DNA of 64,000 bases, taken from positions 58,981 through 122,980 of the forward strand of contig CAWIMX010000001.1 in the NCBI GenBank assembly GCA_963837345.1. The letters run 5' to 3'. Positions 1-10,404 of the stretch are shown here, piece after piece. The DNA comes from an uncultured Acidobacteriota bacterium. GTDB taxonomy: Bacteria; Acidobacteriota; Vicinamibacteria; Vicinamibacterales; CAVVIG01. The first letter of the stretch is position 1. Every line of letters begins with the position of its first letter. The position numbers were made by a program, and so were the translations under genes. The notes beneath the pieces are model-generated. The model made no database searches. It saw only the letters and a program-made list of their open reading frames with translations, and was not told where the DNA came from.

Positions 1-246
1 CGAGGCTGGAGGGGCGAGCCCGGCGAACAGCCGGGCGCGCACCGTCTGGCCGCCGATCGAGCCACGGACGGCGATGGCTGCGGTGAACGTCTGGACGGCG
101 CGGCAGGCGCGCGTGGCATCGGCGAGCGCGGCGGAGGCATCGGCCGGGGCGCCCGGCCCGGAGGGCAGGGACATGAGGGGCACGCCGCATGAGAGGGTCA
201 GGAGCGCCGCTCCCGCGGCCAGCGCGGGCGCGGCGCGCCCGCTCAT
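1..246 (-). CDS. Lipoprotein, N-terminal part (runs off window start); possibly LolB-like
   Basis: Manual translation from ATG 246 (ATGA overlap with the TPR gene stop): MSGRAAPALAAGAALLTLSCGVPL..., a hydrophobic stretch plus lipobox LTLSC, open to base 1. LolB-like is inferred only from the common TPR-lolB-ispE synteny. Confidence 0.6.
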   Translation of the reverse strand, partial: MSGRAAPALAAGAALLTLSCGVPLMSLPSGPGAPADASAALADATRACRAVQTFTAAIAVRGSIGGQTVRARLFAGLAPPAS

Positions 247-2252
247 TGGCGCGGGCCGAGTTTCTGACGCGCCGAACGGATCTTCTTTTCGATGTCGCGC
301 CGATCGATGGAATCGCCGTCGCCGTCGAGCGCGCGCGTCCACGCCGCGATGGCGTCGGCATAGCGTTCGAGACGGGCGAGCACGTCGCCGTAGTGATCCT
401 GGATCACGGAGTTGCTGCGCAGCTGATCGGCCGCGCGGCGCAGGTTGTCCTCGGCGAGCGGCAGATTGTCGGCCTTGAAGTACGCCCACCCGATGCTGTC
501 GAGGTACGCGCCGTTGTCGGGCTCGATCGCGAGCGCGCGCTTCAGATAGGCCACCGATTCGTCGAGCCGCACGCCACGCTCGGCCAGCATGTAGCCCAGG
601 TAGTTGAGCGCCGCCGCATGCTCGGGATCCATCTCGATCGTCGTGCGGAACGCGGCTTCGGCTTCGTCGAAGCGCTTCTGATGGTCGAGCACCGCGCCCA
701 ACTGGAACGAAATCGACGTGTCCCTTGGAAACCGCGTGCGGGCGTCCTCGAGCGCCTTGACCGCGTCGGCTCCGCGCTTGGCATCCTCGTAGACCTGCGA
801 GAGCGCGAGGGAGACGGTGGGATCGTCGCCGTGCCGCCCGGCGAACTCCTCGAACAGCTTCACGCCCTGCTCGGCCTTGCCCCCGTCGACGAGCGCCTGC
901 GACTCGAGACGCGCGAGCCGAAGATCGTCGGGCTGGCCCGCGCGCGCGTCATGCGCCAGCGAGGCCGCCTGGGTGTACCGCTTCGCGGCGAGGTTGGCCT
1001 GCACGAGGTAGCCGACGATGGACGGATCGTCGGGCGCCAGCGTCCGGGCTTCCTGGAACGTGGCGATGGCCTTGTCGTACTGTTTCGTTTCCTGGTACGC
1101 GAATCCGAGATGCGGCAGCAGCATCGAGAGCTCGCGTGACGCGCTCCCGCTCTTCCGGAATCGATCGACCGCCGGGCCCAAGGCGTCGACGATGTCGGCG
1201 TACAGCCCTCGTTGCTCGAGACTTTCAGCCAGCGCATAGTAGCCCCACGGGCTGTCGGCGTCCTGCGTGATGACTCTGCGGGCGGTCGTCTCGGCGGCGG
1301 CGAGGTCGCCCAGGCGGCGCTCGGCCTGCGACAGCAGATAGAGCACCCGCGCGTCGTCGGGGCGCACGGCCAGGGCGTCGGTGAGCGCATCGCGCGCCTG
1401 CCCGACCTGGTCGCGGCCGCCCGCGTTCATCAGCGAGGAGGCGTAGCGTGTGCGAAGCTCGACGTTGCGCGGCGCGACCTTGATGGCTTCTGCGTAGGCG
1501 TCCGCGGCGTCCTGCCAGCGATGCGCGCGATCGTAGAAGTCGCCGAGCGTCGGATAGAGATTGGGATCGCCCGGCGCATTCGCTTCGAGCCAGCCGATCG
1601 CGTCGTCGGTGCGGCCGGCGCCGACGAACGCCTGGAGCAGCAGATCGGGGCCGTCGCGCCACCCGGGTTCCTGCGACACGAGGGTCGTGAGAAGCGGGAT
1701 CGCCTTGTCGTACTGCTCGCCGCGGACATACAGGCGGGCGAGCGTCGCGCGCACGTTGGGATCGGTCTGCACGTCGGACAGCGCCACGGCCTGTTCCAGG
1801 TGGGTGACGGCCTTGGCGGCGTTCTCGTCCTGTCCCGCCCGTGCCGACCGCGCGCCGCGCTCGGCGCGATCCACCATGCCCGCGTAGACGAATCCGAGGG
1901 TCTGATGCGCGTCGACGTTGTTGGGATCGATCGCCAGCGCCTGCTGCGCCGCCGTGATGGCGTCGTCGGGCCGGTTGAGCCGGACGTAGAGGTCCGCGAG
2001 CTCGGCGGCCACGCCGGCGGCTCCGGGGTCCAGATCGAGGGCCTTGCGGTAGGCCGCGATCGCCGCGTCGGCGTTGTCCTCGCCCTCGAGGAACGAGCCC
2101 AGGAGGAACTGATGGTAGGCCTCGGCGGTCCGCGCCTCGTCCATCGGCGCCGCCGGCGCCGACTGCGGGGCGCCCGCGCCGGCAGCGACGCCGGGCGCCG
2201 TGGTCAGGATCAGGACGACCGGGGCCGACCGCCAGAACGGGATGGCTTTCAT
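243..2252 (-). CDS. Exported multi-TPR protein
   Basis: Signal peptide, many TPR motifs, C-terminal 'ALNYLGYMLAE...AYLDSIGWAYF...IQDHYGDV' typical of periplasmic TPR proteins; start taken at ATG 2252 (MKAIPFW). Confidence 0.85.
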   Translation of the reverse strand: MKAIPFWRSAPVVLILTTAPGVAAGAGAPQSAPAAPMDEARTAEAYHQFLLGSFLEGEDNADAAIAAYRKALDLDPGAAGVAAELADLYVRLNRPDDAITAAQQALAIDPNNVDAHQTLGFVYAGMVDRAERGARSARAGQDENAAKAVTHLEQAVALSDVQTDPNVRATLARLYVRGEQYDKAIPLLTTLVSQEPGWRDGPDLLLQAFVGAGRTDDAIGWLEANAPGDPNLYPTLGDFYDRAHRWQDAADAYAEAIKVAPRNVELRTRYASSLMNAGGRDQVGQARDALTDALAVRPDDARVLYLLSQAERRLGDLAAAETTARRVITQDADSPWGYYALAESLEQRGLYADIVDALGPAVDRFRKSGSASRELSMLLPHLGFAYQETKQYDKAIATFQEARTLAPDDPSIVGYLVQANLAAKRYTQAASLAHDARAGQPDDLRLARLESQALVDGGKAEQGVKLFEEFAGRHGDDPTVSLALSQVYEDAKRGADAVKALEDARTRFPRDTSISFQLGAVLDHQKRFDEAEAAFRTTIEMDPEHAAALNYLGYMLAERGVRLDESVAYLKRALAIEPDNGAYLDSIGWAYFKADNLPLAEDNLRRAADQLRSNSVIQDHYGDVLARLERYADAIAAWTRALDGDGDSIDRRDIEKKIRSARQKLGPRQ

Positions 2253-2302
2253 CACAGGAGAATTGTTCCACAAAATTGTGGAGGTGTCATAATGGTTCGG
2301 TC

Positions 2303-2476
2303 ATGGCCGTCGATCCCGAATTGCTCGAGATTCTCGCGTGCCCGAACTGCAAGACGCCGGTCACACTCGTCAAGAACGGCACGGCCCTCAAGTGCGCCAA
2401 GTGCAGGCGCGTCTATCCGATCAAGGACGACATCCCGGTCATGCTGATCGACGAGGCCACGATTGAAGAATCGTGA
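2303..2476 (+). CDS. Trm112/UPF0434 (YcaR-like) zinc-ribbon protein
   Basis: LLEILACPNCK...C..C..VYPIKDDIPVML signature. Confidence 0.9.
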   Translation: MAVDPELLEILACPNCKTPVTLVKNGTALKCAKCRRVYPIKDDIPVMLIDEATIEES

Positions 2477-3570
2477 AGCCCGCGTCCGCGTCTGACTGCT
2501 CCAGCATTCTCCTGATTCGCCTTCGCCAGATTGGCGACGTCGTCTTCACGACGCCGGCGGTCCGGGCGGTGCGCCGGCGCTTCCCCGACGCGCACATCAC
2601 CTACCTCGTCGAGCCCGCGGCCGCTCCCGTCGTCGCCGGCAATCCCCACCTGGACGCGGTGTGGATCGCGCCGCGAACCGGCTGGTGGGGCGACGTGTCG
2701 CTCGGCCGCCGGCTGCGGGCCGCTGGCTTCGATCTGGTCGTGGACTTCCACGGCGGCCCCCGGGCGTCGCTCATGACCTGGCTCAGCAGAGCGCCCATGC
2801 GGGTGGGCTACGACGTCGCGGGGCGTGGGTGGATGTACACACATCGGGTGCCGCGGGCGCGCGCGCTGCTGGCCCGCCATTCGGTTCGCAGCCAGTGGGA
2901 TCTCGTCGAGGCGCTCGGCATCGAGGCGCCCGATCCGTCGCGCGACCGCGTCGAAATGGCCGTGGATCCACGGGCCGCGCGCGCCGTCGCCGAGCGTCTC
3001 CAGGGCGTCGGCGCGACCGACGATGATGTGCTGATCGTCGTGCATGTGAGCGCCGGGAATCCGTTCCGACGCTGGCCGCCGGCGGCGTTCGCGACGCTGG
3101 TGGCCGCCCTGGCCTCGAAAGGCGCGGCCCGGCGCGTGGTCGTCACGTCCGGCCCCTCCGAACGGTCGGCCGCGGAATCGGTGACCGACGCCGCGCGCCG
3201 GCAGCTCGACCCCGCGGAGAAGGGTCGCGTGCTGTCCTGCGGCGAGTTCTCGCTCGCGGAGCTGCGCGCGCTGGTCGATCGAGCGGCGCTCTATATCGGC
3301 GGCGACAGCGGGCCTTTGCACATCGCGTCGGCCTCGGACACGCCGATCGTCGCCCTGTACGGACCGACGCTTCCCGCGCGCTCGGCGCCCTGGCGGCCGT
3401 CGACCCTCGTCGCCGAGTCGGTGGAAGTCCTGGGACTGCCGTGCCGGCCCTGCGACCAGCGGCGCTGCGAACCGGGCGACTTCCGGTGTCTGGCGCGCAT
3501 CGAGCCGGCCGACGTCGTCGAAGCCGCCGAGCGCGCGCTCGCCCGCGCGAAGGGCGCCGGCCCGGATTAA
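2473..3570 (+). CDS. Glycosyltransferase family 9 (LPS heptosyltransferase)
   Basis: ILLIRLRQIGDVV, GGDSGPLHIA, ALYGPT and PCRPC motifs of GT9. Confidence 0.9.
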   Translation: MKPASASDCSSILLIRLRQIGDVVFTTPAVRAVRRRFPDAHITYLVEPAAAPVVAGNPHLDAVWIAPRTGWWGDVSLGRRLRAAGFDLVVDFHGGPRASLMTWLSRAPMRVGYDVAGRGWMYTHRVPRARALLARHSVRSQWDLVEALGIEAPDPSRDRVEMAVDPRAARAVAERLQGVGATDDDVLIVVHVSAGNPFRRWPPAAFATLVAALASKGAARRVVVTSGPSERSAAESVTDAARRQLDPAEKGRVLSCGEFSLAELRALVDRAALYIGGDSGPLHIASASDTPIVALYGPTLPARSAPWRPSTLVAESVEVLGLPCRPCDQRRCEPGDFRCLARIEPADVVEAAERALARAKGAGPD

Positions 3571-3579
3571 GATTGGGCG

Positions 3580-4758
3580 ATGACCGTCGCCACCCTTACG
3601 GCAGACACGGCGCCGCCGAACTGGCTGGAACAGACCGGCACGGCTGCGGTGTTCGGCCTCGCGATCGCCGCGCTCTTCTCGATCGCCGCCGCCCAGACGT
3701 TCCTCGCCCTGGCCGTGTTCTGCTGGGTGGCCCTGCTCGTGGCGCGGCGCGAGCGCGTCGAGGCGCCCCGGTTCTTCTGGCCCCTCCTGGCCTACGCGGC
3801 CATCACGCTGGCGTCGGCCGCGGCGTCGTCCGATCCGGCGCGCAGCTTCGTCGATTCGAAGCAGCTGGTGCTGTTCCTGGTCGTGCCGCTGGTGTACCGA
3901 TTCGTCCCGGGGCGCCGCGGCGGGTCGCTCGTGACGCTGCTCGTGACCTTCGGGGCGCTGAGCGCCGCCTACGGCATCTTTCAGTACGGGATTCTCCATT
4001 ACGACCAGCTCGGAATGCGTGCGCGCGGGACGCTCGGGCACTACATGACGTTTTCCGGCGAGCTGATGCTCGTCGTCACCGCCGCGCTGGCGCGCGTGCT
4101 CTTCGGCGCGCGCGAGCGGCTGTGGGCCGGCCTGGTCATCCCGGCGCTCACCGTCGCCATCGTCTTCAGCTTCGGGCGCAGCGCCGTCGTCGGCGTGTGC
4201 GCGGCGGCGGCGTTGCTCTTCCTCCTGAAAGACTTCCGGCTGCTCGCCGTGCTGCCCGTGGCCGCCGCGCTGCTCTTCATGTTCGCGCCGCCCCAGATCA
4301 ACCAGCGACTCACCTCGATCTTCGACATGCAGGACGCGACCATCCGCGATCGCGTCGCGATGATCCGCGAGGGCGGGCGCATGGTGCGGGCGCATCCGGT
4401 GTTCGGCGTCGGGCCGAACATGGTGGAGCCGCGCTATGCGGAATTCCGTGGTCCCGACGCCGTGGAAGCCGTCAACCCCCACCTGCACAACGTGCCGGTT
4501 CAGATCGCCGCCGAGCGCGGCCTCCCCGCGCTGGCGATCTGGCTCTGGTTCATCGTCGTGCTGGTGCGCGACCTGGGGGGAGAATTCCGCCGCGGGCCCC
4601 ATGCCTTCCTCGCCGCCGGCGGGCTGGCCGCGGTGACGGCCATGCTGGCGGCCGGCCTCTTCGAGTACAACTTCGGCGACTCCGAGTTCCTGATGATCTT
4701 CCTCGTGCTGGTCACCCTGCCCTTCGCCGCCCGGCGGGCCGCGCCCGCCGACGCATGA
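3580..4758 (+). CDS. O-antigen ligase (WaaL/Wzy_C) family membrane protein
   Basis: Polytopic; HPVFGVGPN and PHLHNVPVQIAAERG motifs; LPS-gene context. Confidence 0.85.
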   Translation: MTVATLTADTAPPNWLEQTGTAAVFGLAIAALFSIAAAQTFLALAVFCWVALLVARRERVEAPRFFWPLLAYAAITLASAAASSDPARSFVDSKQLVLFLVVPLVYRFVPGRRGGSLVTLLVTFGALSAAYGIFQYGILHYDQLGMRARGTLGHYMTFSGELMLVVTAALARVLFGARERLWAGLVIPALTVAIVFSFGRSAVVGVCAAAALLFLLKDFRLLAVLPVAAALLFMFAPPQINQRLTSIFDMQDATIRDRVAMIREGGRMVRAHPVFGVGPNMVEPRYAEFRGPDAVEAVNPHLHNVPVQIAAERGLPALAIWLWFIVVLVRDLGGEFRRGPHAFLAAGGLAAVTAMLAAGLFEYNFGDSEFLMIFLVLVTLPFAARRAAPADA

Positions 4759-5771
4759 CCCTGCCACCGCTCGACGCATCCCGGGCCGGCGCGATCATCG
4801 ACCGCTTCGCCGCGCAGCACGTGCTCGTGGCCGGCGACGTGATGCTCGATCGCTTCATCGTCGGCGACGTGTCGCGGATTTCGCCCGAGGCGCCGGTCCC
4901 GGTCGTGACGTTCGCCACCGAGCACGTCCGCCTGGGCGGCGCGGCCAACGTCGCGCACAACGTCGTGGCGCTCGGCGGTCGAAGCGGACTCGTCGGGATC
5001 GTCGGGCGCGACGACGCGGCCGGACGGCTCGCCAAGGCGCTCGACGGCGCGGGAATCGATCGATCCGGACTCGTCCAGGACGCGTCGCGGCCGACAACGG
5101 AAAAGGTGCGCATCGTGACGCGCCGCAACCAGCAAATCGCGCGGATCGACTACGAATGCGACGAGGAGATCAGCGGCGAGACCGAGGCGTCGGTTCTGAA
5201 CCGCATCCGTGAACAGGGCCGCGCGGCCGGCGTGTTCGTCGCCTCCGACTACTTGAAGGGCGCCATCACGCGGGCCCTCGTCGAAACCCTGCTCTCGGTG
5301 CGCGAGGAACGGCGCCAGCGCGGATCGGCGCCACCGCCCGTGATCGTCGATCCGAAGATTCCCCACCTCGCCTGCTACGCCGGCGTGACGCTCGTCACGC
5401 CGAACTGTCTGGAGGCCGAAACGGCCACGCACCGACGGATCCGGACCGATGCCGAGGCCCGCGACGCGGCACGCGAATTCCGCGTCCGCGCCGCCTGCGA
5501 GGCGGCGATCGTCACGCGCGGCGAGCACGGGATCTGGCTGTCGAGCCCTGACGTGGAAGGCGCGGCGCCGGCCGCCGTCCGCGACGTATCCGACGTGACC
5601 GGCGCCGGCGACACGGTGGTGGCCACCCTGGCCCTGGCGCTGGCGGCGGGCGCGACGCTGCCGGAGGCCGCGATGCTCGCCAACCTCGCCGCCGGCGTGG
5701 CCGTCGGGAAGTTCGGCGCCGCCACCGTGACGCCCGACGAGCTGCTCGAAGCCGTCGGGCGAAGCAGGTAG
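4755..5771 (+). CDS. rfaE1: D-glycero-beta-D-manno-heptose-7-phosphate kinase (HldE/RfaE domain I, PfkB family)
   Basis: [10 protein letters not shown]...[33 protein letters not shown]; starts at ATGA overlap 4755; no adenylyltransferase domain. Confidence 0.9.
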   Translation: MTLPPLDASRAGAIIDRFAAQHVLVAGDVMLDRFIVGDVSRISPEAPVPVVTFATEHVRLGGAANVAHNVVALGGRSGLVGIVGRDDAAGRLAKALDGAGIDRSGLVQDASRPTTEKVRIVTRRNQQIARIDYECDEEISGETEASVLNRIREQGRAAGVFVASDYLKGAITRALVETLLSVREERRQRGSAPPPVIVDPKIPHLACYAGVTLVTPNCLEAETATHRRIRTDAEARDAAREFRVRAACEAAIVTRGEHGIWLSSPDVEGAAPAAVRDVSDVTGAGDTVVATLALALAAGATLPEAAMLANLAAGVAVGKFGAATVTPDELLEAVGRSR

Positions 5772-5786
5772 AAAGCCGACTCCCCC

Positions 5787-7376
5787 TCAGTGCCGGAAGT
5801 GGCGGCGGCCCGTGAACACCATCGCGAGGCCGTGCTCGTTGGCGGCCGCGATCACTTCCGGGTCGCGCACCGAGCCCCCCGGCTGCACGACGGCCGTCGC
5901 GCCGGCCGCAGCCACGGCGTCGAGCCCGTCCCGAAACGGGAAGTAGGCATCCGACGCGGCGACCGCCCCGATGAGCGAGCGCTCGATCGACTGCGCTTTC
6001 AGCACGGCCACATTCACCGCGTCGACGCGGCTCATCTGCCCGGCGCCGATCGCCAGCGTGCGCTGCTCGTCTGTGAAGATCACGGTGTTCGACTTCACGT
6101 GCGCACAGACCCGCCAGGCGAACCGCAGGGCGTCCCATTCGTCGGGCGTCGGCGCCCGCTCGGTCACCACGCGGATGCCGTGGGGCTGCGCCTGCGGCGT
6201 CCAGCGCGTGCGCGCCTCCGCCACGTGATCGCGCTCCTGTGCCAGCAGCGCACCGAGAATCGAGCGGAGCTCGATCCCGCCCGACCGAAGCGCCGCGAAG
6301 TCGGCCACGACCACCCGCATGTTGCGCCGGCGCGCCAGCAGATCCCGGGCGTCGGCGTCGACGGCCGGCGCCACCACGGCCTCGATGAAGGTGGAGGTAA
6401 TCGCTTCGGCGGCCGCCGCGTCGAGCGACCGGTTCAGGGCCACGATGCCGCCGAATGCCGACAGGCTGTCGGCGTCGCGTGCCCGCAGGTAGGCGTCGGC
6501 GGCCGACTCCCCGGTCGCCGCGCCGCACGGGTTCGTGTGCTTCACCACCACCGCCGCCGGCTCGTCGAATTCCAGCGCAATGCGCGCGGCGGCATCCAGG
6601 TCGAGCAGGTTCGTGTACGACAGCTCGCGCCCCTGGAGCACCTCGGCGGTGCCCAGCCCGGCGCCCGCTCCCCCACGCTCGACGTACCAGCCGGCGCGCT
6701 GATGCGGATTCTCGCCGTAGCGCAGATCGCGCAGCTTGCGGGCCGCCAGGTCGAACCAGTCCCCCAGCGGTCCGGAGGCGGGCCGGTTGAAGTGCCCCTC
6801 GGCGAGGTGGACCCCTGCCAGGGTGGAGGCGATCGCCGTGTCGTAGGCCGCCGTGTGCGCGAACGCCTTCTGCATCAGCTCGAAGCGAAACGCGAGGGTG
6901 GGCGCGTCGAGCGCGGCCAGCAGCCGCGGGTAGTCGGCGGGGTCCACGACCACGAACACGCTCGCGAAGTTCTTCGCGGCGGCGCGGACGAGCGACGGCC
7001 CTCCGATGTCAATTTCCTCGACCAGGCGGTCGAAGGGGGTGTCCGCATCGGCCGCCGCCCGGACGAATGGATAGAGATTCACCACGACGACGTCGACCGG
7101 GACGACGCCCTGGCCGGCCAGGGCCGCCAGGTCGTCGGGCCGATCGCGGCGCGCCAGGATGCCCGCGTGCAGGGCCGGGTGGAGGGTTTTGACGCGGCCG
7201 TCCATCATTTCGGGAAAGCCCGTCACCCTGGACACGTTGGTCACCGGCAGCCCGGCGTCGGCCAGGGCCCGGGCCGTCCCCCCGGTCGACACCAGCTCGA
7301 ACCCCCGGTCCGCCAGGCCGCGGCCCACATCGGCAATTCTGGTCTTGTCGGACACACTCAGCAAAGCTCTTGGCAT
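5787..7376 (-). CDS. purH: Bifunctional AICAR transformylase/IMP cyclohydrolase
   Basis: [62 protein letters not shown]. Confidence 0.97.
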   Translation of the reverse strand: MPRALLSVSDKTRIADVGRGLADRGFELVSTGGTARALADAGLPVTNVSRVTGFPEMMDGRVKTLHPALHAGILARRDRPDDLAALAGQGVVPVDVVVVNLYPFVRAAADADTPFDRLVEEIDIGGPSLVRAAAKNFASVFVVVDPADYPRLLAALDAPTLAFRFELMQKAFAHTAAYDTAIASTLAGVHLAEGHFNRPASGPLGDWFDLAARKLRDLRYGENPHQRAGWYVERGGAGAGLGTAEVLQGRELSYTNLLDLDAAARIALEFDEPAAVVVKHTNPCGAATGESAADAYLRARDADSLSAFGGIVALNRSLDAAAAEAITSTFIEAVVAPAVDADARDLLARRRNMRVVVADFAALRSGGIELRSILGALLAQERDHVAEARTRWTPQAQPHGIRVVTERAPTPDEWDALRFAWRVCAHVKSNTVIFTDEQRTLAIGAGQMSRVDAVNVAVLKAQSIERSLIGAVAASDAYFPFRDGLDAVAAAGATAVVQPGGSVRDPEVIAAANEHGLAMVFTGRRHFRH

Positions 7377-7433
7377 AGGACTTCCGATTCCGGTATCATC
7401 GTGGCGACGCTGGGCGGGCCTGGCGCCGCAAGG

Positions 7434-7462
7434 AAAAGGCCGCAATGCTGCGGCCTTTTTTT
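7434..7462 (+). terminator. Intrinsic-terminator-like hairpin in the divergent purH/csp gap
   Basis: AAAAGGCCGCA-ATGC-TGCGGCCTTTT followed by further Ts. Confidence 0.45.
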
Positions 7463-7543
7463 ATGCTCCGGCGAACGTGCCGGGGTTGTTTCCACGGACC
7501 TGAGACCGAAGACGGTCGGGTCCCCGCAAGCAGGAAGAGAACG

Positions 7544-7747
7544 ATGCGTATCACAGGCAAGGTCAAGTGGTTCAACAATGCCAAGGGTTATGGGTTCATC
7601 GAACGCGACGGAGGCAGCGACGTCTTCGTTCACTACTCGGCGATCCAGGGCGACGGCTTCCGCTCGCTCGAGGAAGGCCAGGCAGTGGAGTTCGAGATCG
7701 TTGACGGCCCCAAGGGCCCGCAGGCCGGCAACGTCACCAAGATCTGA
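7544..7747 (+). CDS. csp: Cold-shock protein (CspA family)
   Basis: [15 protein letters not shown] (RNP1), DVFVHYSAI (RNP2), GPKGPQA; 67 aa from ATG 7544. Confidence 0.96.
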   Translation: MRITGKVKWFNNAKGYGFIERDGGSDVFVHYSAIQGDGFRSLEEGQAVEFEIVDGPKGPQAGNVTKI

Positions 7748-7757
7748 GCGCTCGCGC

Positions 7758-7783
7758 GGCCGGGCGCTTTCGAGCGCCCGGCC
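7758..7783. terminator. Perfect 11-bp GC hairpin after csp, between convergent genes
   Basis: GGCCGGGCGCT-TTCG-AGCGCCCGGCC; no clear U-tract. Confidence 0.55.
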
Positions 7784-7824
7784 CGCCGCTCCGCGGATGC
7801 GACATGCGGCCCGCGCCTCCTCAG

Positions 7825-7872
7825 CGTCCCCTCGTCCCCTCGTCCCCTCGTCCCTTCGTCCCCTCGTCCCCT
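7825..7872 (+). repeat. Tandem 8-bp repeat (CGTCCCCT)x6
   Basis: Six units read directly, one variant CGTCCCTT. Confidence 0.9.
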
Positions 7873-7887
7873 AGTTCGTGAGTTCCC

Positions 7888-8472
7888 TCATTCCTTGACG
7901 CCCTTCAGGGCCCGGGCGGTGAAGTTGACCTTACCGTCCTTGATGGCGACGCGGAACGCCACCTCGGTGCTGCCAGCCTGCTGCAGCTTGTTCACCTGGC
8001 CCTTCACCAGGTCCGCGAACTTCTGAAACGGCACGGAGTCTTCGCCAATCGCGCGCCGCGCCTCGGCCAGCGAGTCGTAGAGCTCGTGCAGCTTGTCCAT
8101 TTCGTGGGACGGATCCCGGAACGACGCCACGTGCACGATCTTGTCGTCGGGCTTCTTCGGGGCCGGCCGCGGCTCGGCCTTCGGCGCGCCGAAGGTGGTC
8201 GTCCGTCCCTCTTCCCGATTCCGGAGCCCGCGGTCCCAGAGCTCTACGAAGGCCGCGAACCGCGACTGCAGCGTCTGGAAGCGGAACCGGTCGCCGTAGT
8301 TCTGGATGTACGCGCGGTCGTACTGCTTGACGAGCGTCTCGACGCGCGATCGCGTTTCCCACGGCGGCCTCGGCAGGCGGCCGGCGAAGAACATGTTGTA
8401 CTCGGCCTCGAGCCGCTTCAGCTCGCTTTCGAGACGCCGCAGGCCGCGTTCGGTTTCCGTCTCCTGGGGCAC
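7888..8472 (-). CDS. Hypothetical protein resembling the MXAN_5187 C-terminal-domain family
   Basis: EYNMFFAGRLPRPP...RFRFQTL...W and C-terminal VAFRVAIKDGKVNFTA; family recalled from memory, not searched. Confidence 0.6.
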   Translation of the reverse strand: MPQETETERGLRRLESELKRLEAEYNMFFAGRLPRPPWETRSRVETLVKQYDRAYIQNYGDRFRFQTLQSRFAAFVELWDRGLRNREEGRTTTFGAPKAEPRPAPKKPDDKIVHVASFRDPSHEMDKLHELYDSLAEARRAIGEDSVPFQKFADLVKGQVNKLQQAGSTEVAFRVAIKDGKVNFTARALKGVKE

Positions 8473-8478
8473 GATGCG

Positions 8479-8892
8479 TCACCGCGGAATCAGAAACCAC
8501 ACGAGCGGCAGCCAGAGCTCCCGGGCGAAGGGCACGGGCTTGTCGTCGATCAGTACTTCGGTGGCGTCGGCGCCGCCCACGATCTCGAACAGGTCGCGCA
8601 GGCGCGCCGCGTCGCCGGGAAGGAACCGGGCGCGATACCGATGCGCCGCGCCGTGGTCGGTCTCCCGAAATTCGGCCGACGCGCGCGCGATCGCGAGCGC
8701 CCGATCGAATTCCGGCGTCTCCATCGCGGGGAACACGAGGGTGATCGAGAACGGCCGCTCGGAGGGACCGAAGAGCGCCTCGCGAAGCTCGGGATCGAGC
8801 GCGGCCAGTTCTTCGGCGCTCGGTTGTTCCGACAGATCGGCATACGGCCAGAACCGTTCGAGCGGGCGATAGCGTGGCGGTTCAGCCGTCAT
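8479..8892 (-). CDS. Hypothetical protein
   Basis: 137-aa ORF with protein-like composition, 6 bp from the next gene; C-terminal ARELWLPLVWFL. Confidence 0.7.
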   Translation of the reverse strand: MTAEPPRYRPLERFWPYADLSEQPSAEELAALDPELREALFGPSERPFSITLVFPAMETPEFDRALAIARASAEFRETDHGAAHRYRARFLPGDAARLRDLFEIVGGADATEVLIDDKPVPFARELWLPLVWFLIPR

Positions 8893-8912
8893 GGCGCGAT
8901 AAGCATAACACC

Positions 8913-8936
8913 GGGGCGATGGGGCGATGGGGCGAT
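8913..8936 (+). repeat. Tandem 8-bp repeat (GGGGCGAT)x3
   Basis: Three exact units plus a degenerate fourth, downstream of nuoN. Confidence 0.8.
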
Positions 8937-8967
8937 GGCGCGAAGTTCCGGACGCGTGGCTGCACGT

Positions 8968-10404
8968 TCAGAAGATGGTCGCGATCGACGCGGCGGCGAG
9001 CGAGAGCACGCGCGCGGGCAGCAGGCCGAGATAGAAGACCGCGAGGGCCGAGGCCACCAGCGCCGCGGTGGCCAGGCGAGGCAGCGCGGGAAGGGGCGCC
9101 GGCTCGCCGCCGCCGGTCATGTACATCATCACGACGACCCGCAGATAGAAGAAGACCGAGACGACGCTCGTCAGCACGCCGATCACGGCAAGCCCGACGT
9201 GGCCAGCCTGAACGGCTGCCGTGAAGACGTACCACTTGCCGACGAATCCCGCCGTCGGCGGCAACCCGCCGAGCGACAGCAGGAATATCGTCATCAATGC
9301 GGCGAGAACCGGATGCGCCCTCGACAGCCCGGCGAAATCGCTGACACGGTCGTTCGGCCGCTCGGCCGAGTCGAGCACGGCCAGCACGCCGAACGCCCCG
9401 AGGTTCGCGACGGCGTAGGTGAGCAGGTAGAAGAGGATGGCGGCCTTGCCGGTGTCGTTCGTCGACACGAGCCCCATCAGCAGATATCCGGCATGCGCGA
9501 TGCTCGAATAGGCCAGCATCCGCTTCACGTTGGTCTGCACCACGCCGACGACGGCGCCGAAAATCATGGTGACGGCCGCCACCGCCCAGATCATCCCCGT
9601 CCAGTGCGTCTCCAGCGGGCTGAATGCCGACAGAAAGACGCGCGCGAACGCGGCGAACGCCGCCGCCTTGACGCCGGTGGACATGAACCCGGTGACGGGG
9701 GCCGGTGCGCCTTCATAGGCGTCCGGCGTCCACGCGTGAAACGGCACTGCCGAGACCTTGAAGCCGAAGCCGACGAACAGCAGGCCGACCGCCACGAGCT
9801 CCATCGGCGTCGGGGCGAGCGCCCGCGCCGCCACCAGCGACCCGATTCGATCGAGACGCGTGCTGCCGGTCAGCCCGTAGGTGAACGCGATGCCGTACAG
9901 GAAGAACGCGCTCGACACCCCGCCGAGGAAGAAGTACTTGAACGCCGCTTCAGATCCGGTCGGCGAGTCGCGGCGGATCCCGGTGAGCACGTAGACGGCC
10001 AGCGAGAGCACCTCGAGCGCGAGAAAGATCAGGAGCAGATCCGATGCCGTCGCCATCAGCATCATGCCGGCCAGGCCGAACAGCATCAGCGCGTAGTACT
10101 CGCCCTGCGGCAGGTGTTCGCGCTCGACGACCGGCGCGGAGATCGCGAGCGACAGCACGCCGACGACCACGAGGATGCCGGTGACGAACAGGCCGAAGTT
10201 GTCGGCTTCGACCATGTCGAAGCTCGACACTCCGTGATTCCACAGCACGATCGTCGCCACGGCCGCGCCCGCCAGCCCCACGACGCCCAGGGGCCCGATG
10301 GGCATCCGCTCGCCGGGCTCGCGGAACGCTTCGGCCAGCATCGCGGCCAGCGCAGCAGCCGCCACGCACGCCATCGGCACGACGGCCTGGACCGACGCCA
10401 TCAT
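8968..10404 (-). CDS. nuoN: NADH-quinone oxidoreductase subunit N
   Basis: GEYYALML, EAAFKYF, FKVSAVPFHAWTPDAYEGAP, KRMLAYSSIAHAGY; start at ATGA overlap with the nuoM stop. Confidence 0.95.
   Translation of the reverse strand: MMASVQAVVPMACVAAAALAAMLAEAFREPGERMPIGPLGVVGLAGAAVATIVLWNHGVSSFDMVEADNFGLFVTGILVVVGVLSLAISAPVVEREHLPQGEYYALMLFGLAGMMLMATASDLLLIFLALEVLSLAVYVLTGIRRDSPTGSEAAFKYFFLGGVSSAFFLYGIAFTYGLTGSTRLDRIGSLVAARALAPTPMELVAVGLLFVGFGFKVSAVPFHAWTPDAYEGAPAPVTGFMSTGVKAAAFAAFARVFLSAFSPLETHWTGMIWAVAAVTMIFGAVVGVVQTNVKRMLAYSSIAHAGYLLMGLVSTNDTGKAAILFYLLTYAVANLGAFGVLAVLDSAERPNDRVSDFAGLSRAHPVLAALMTIFLLSLGGLPPTAGFVGKWYVFTAAVQAGHVGLAVIGVLTSVVSVFFYLRVVVMMYMTGGGEPAPLPALPRLATAALVASALAVFYLGLLPARVLSLAAASIATIF

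Noticed and set aside
7377-7543. ZMP/ZTP (pfl) riboswitch upstream of purH
   Set aside because: On the minus strand I could not find the conserved GACUGGCG...CGCCUGGG elements; an Infernal search would be decisive.
7825-7872. CRISPR array
   Set aside because: 8-bp units with no spacers and no cas genes; a simple tandem repeat.
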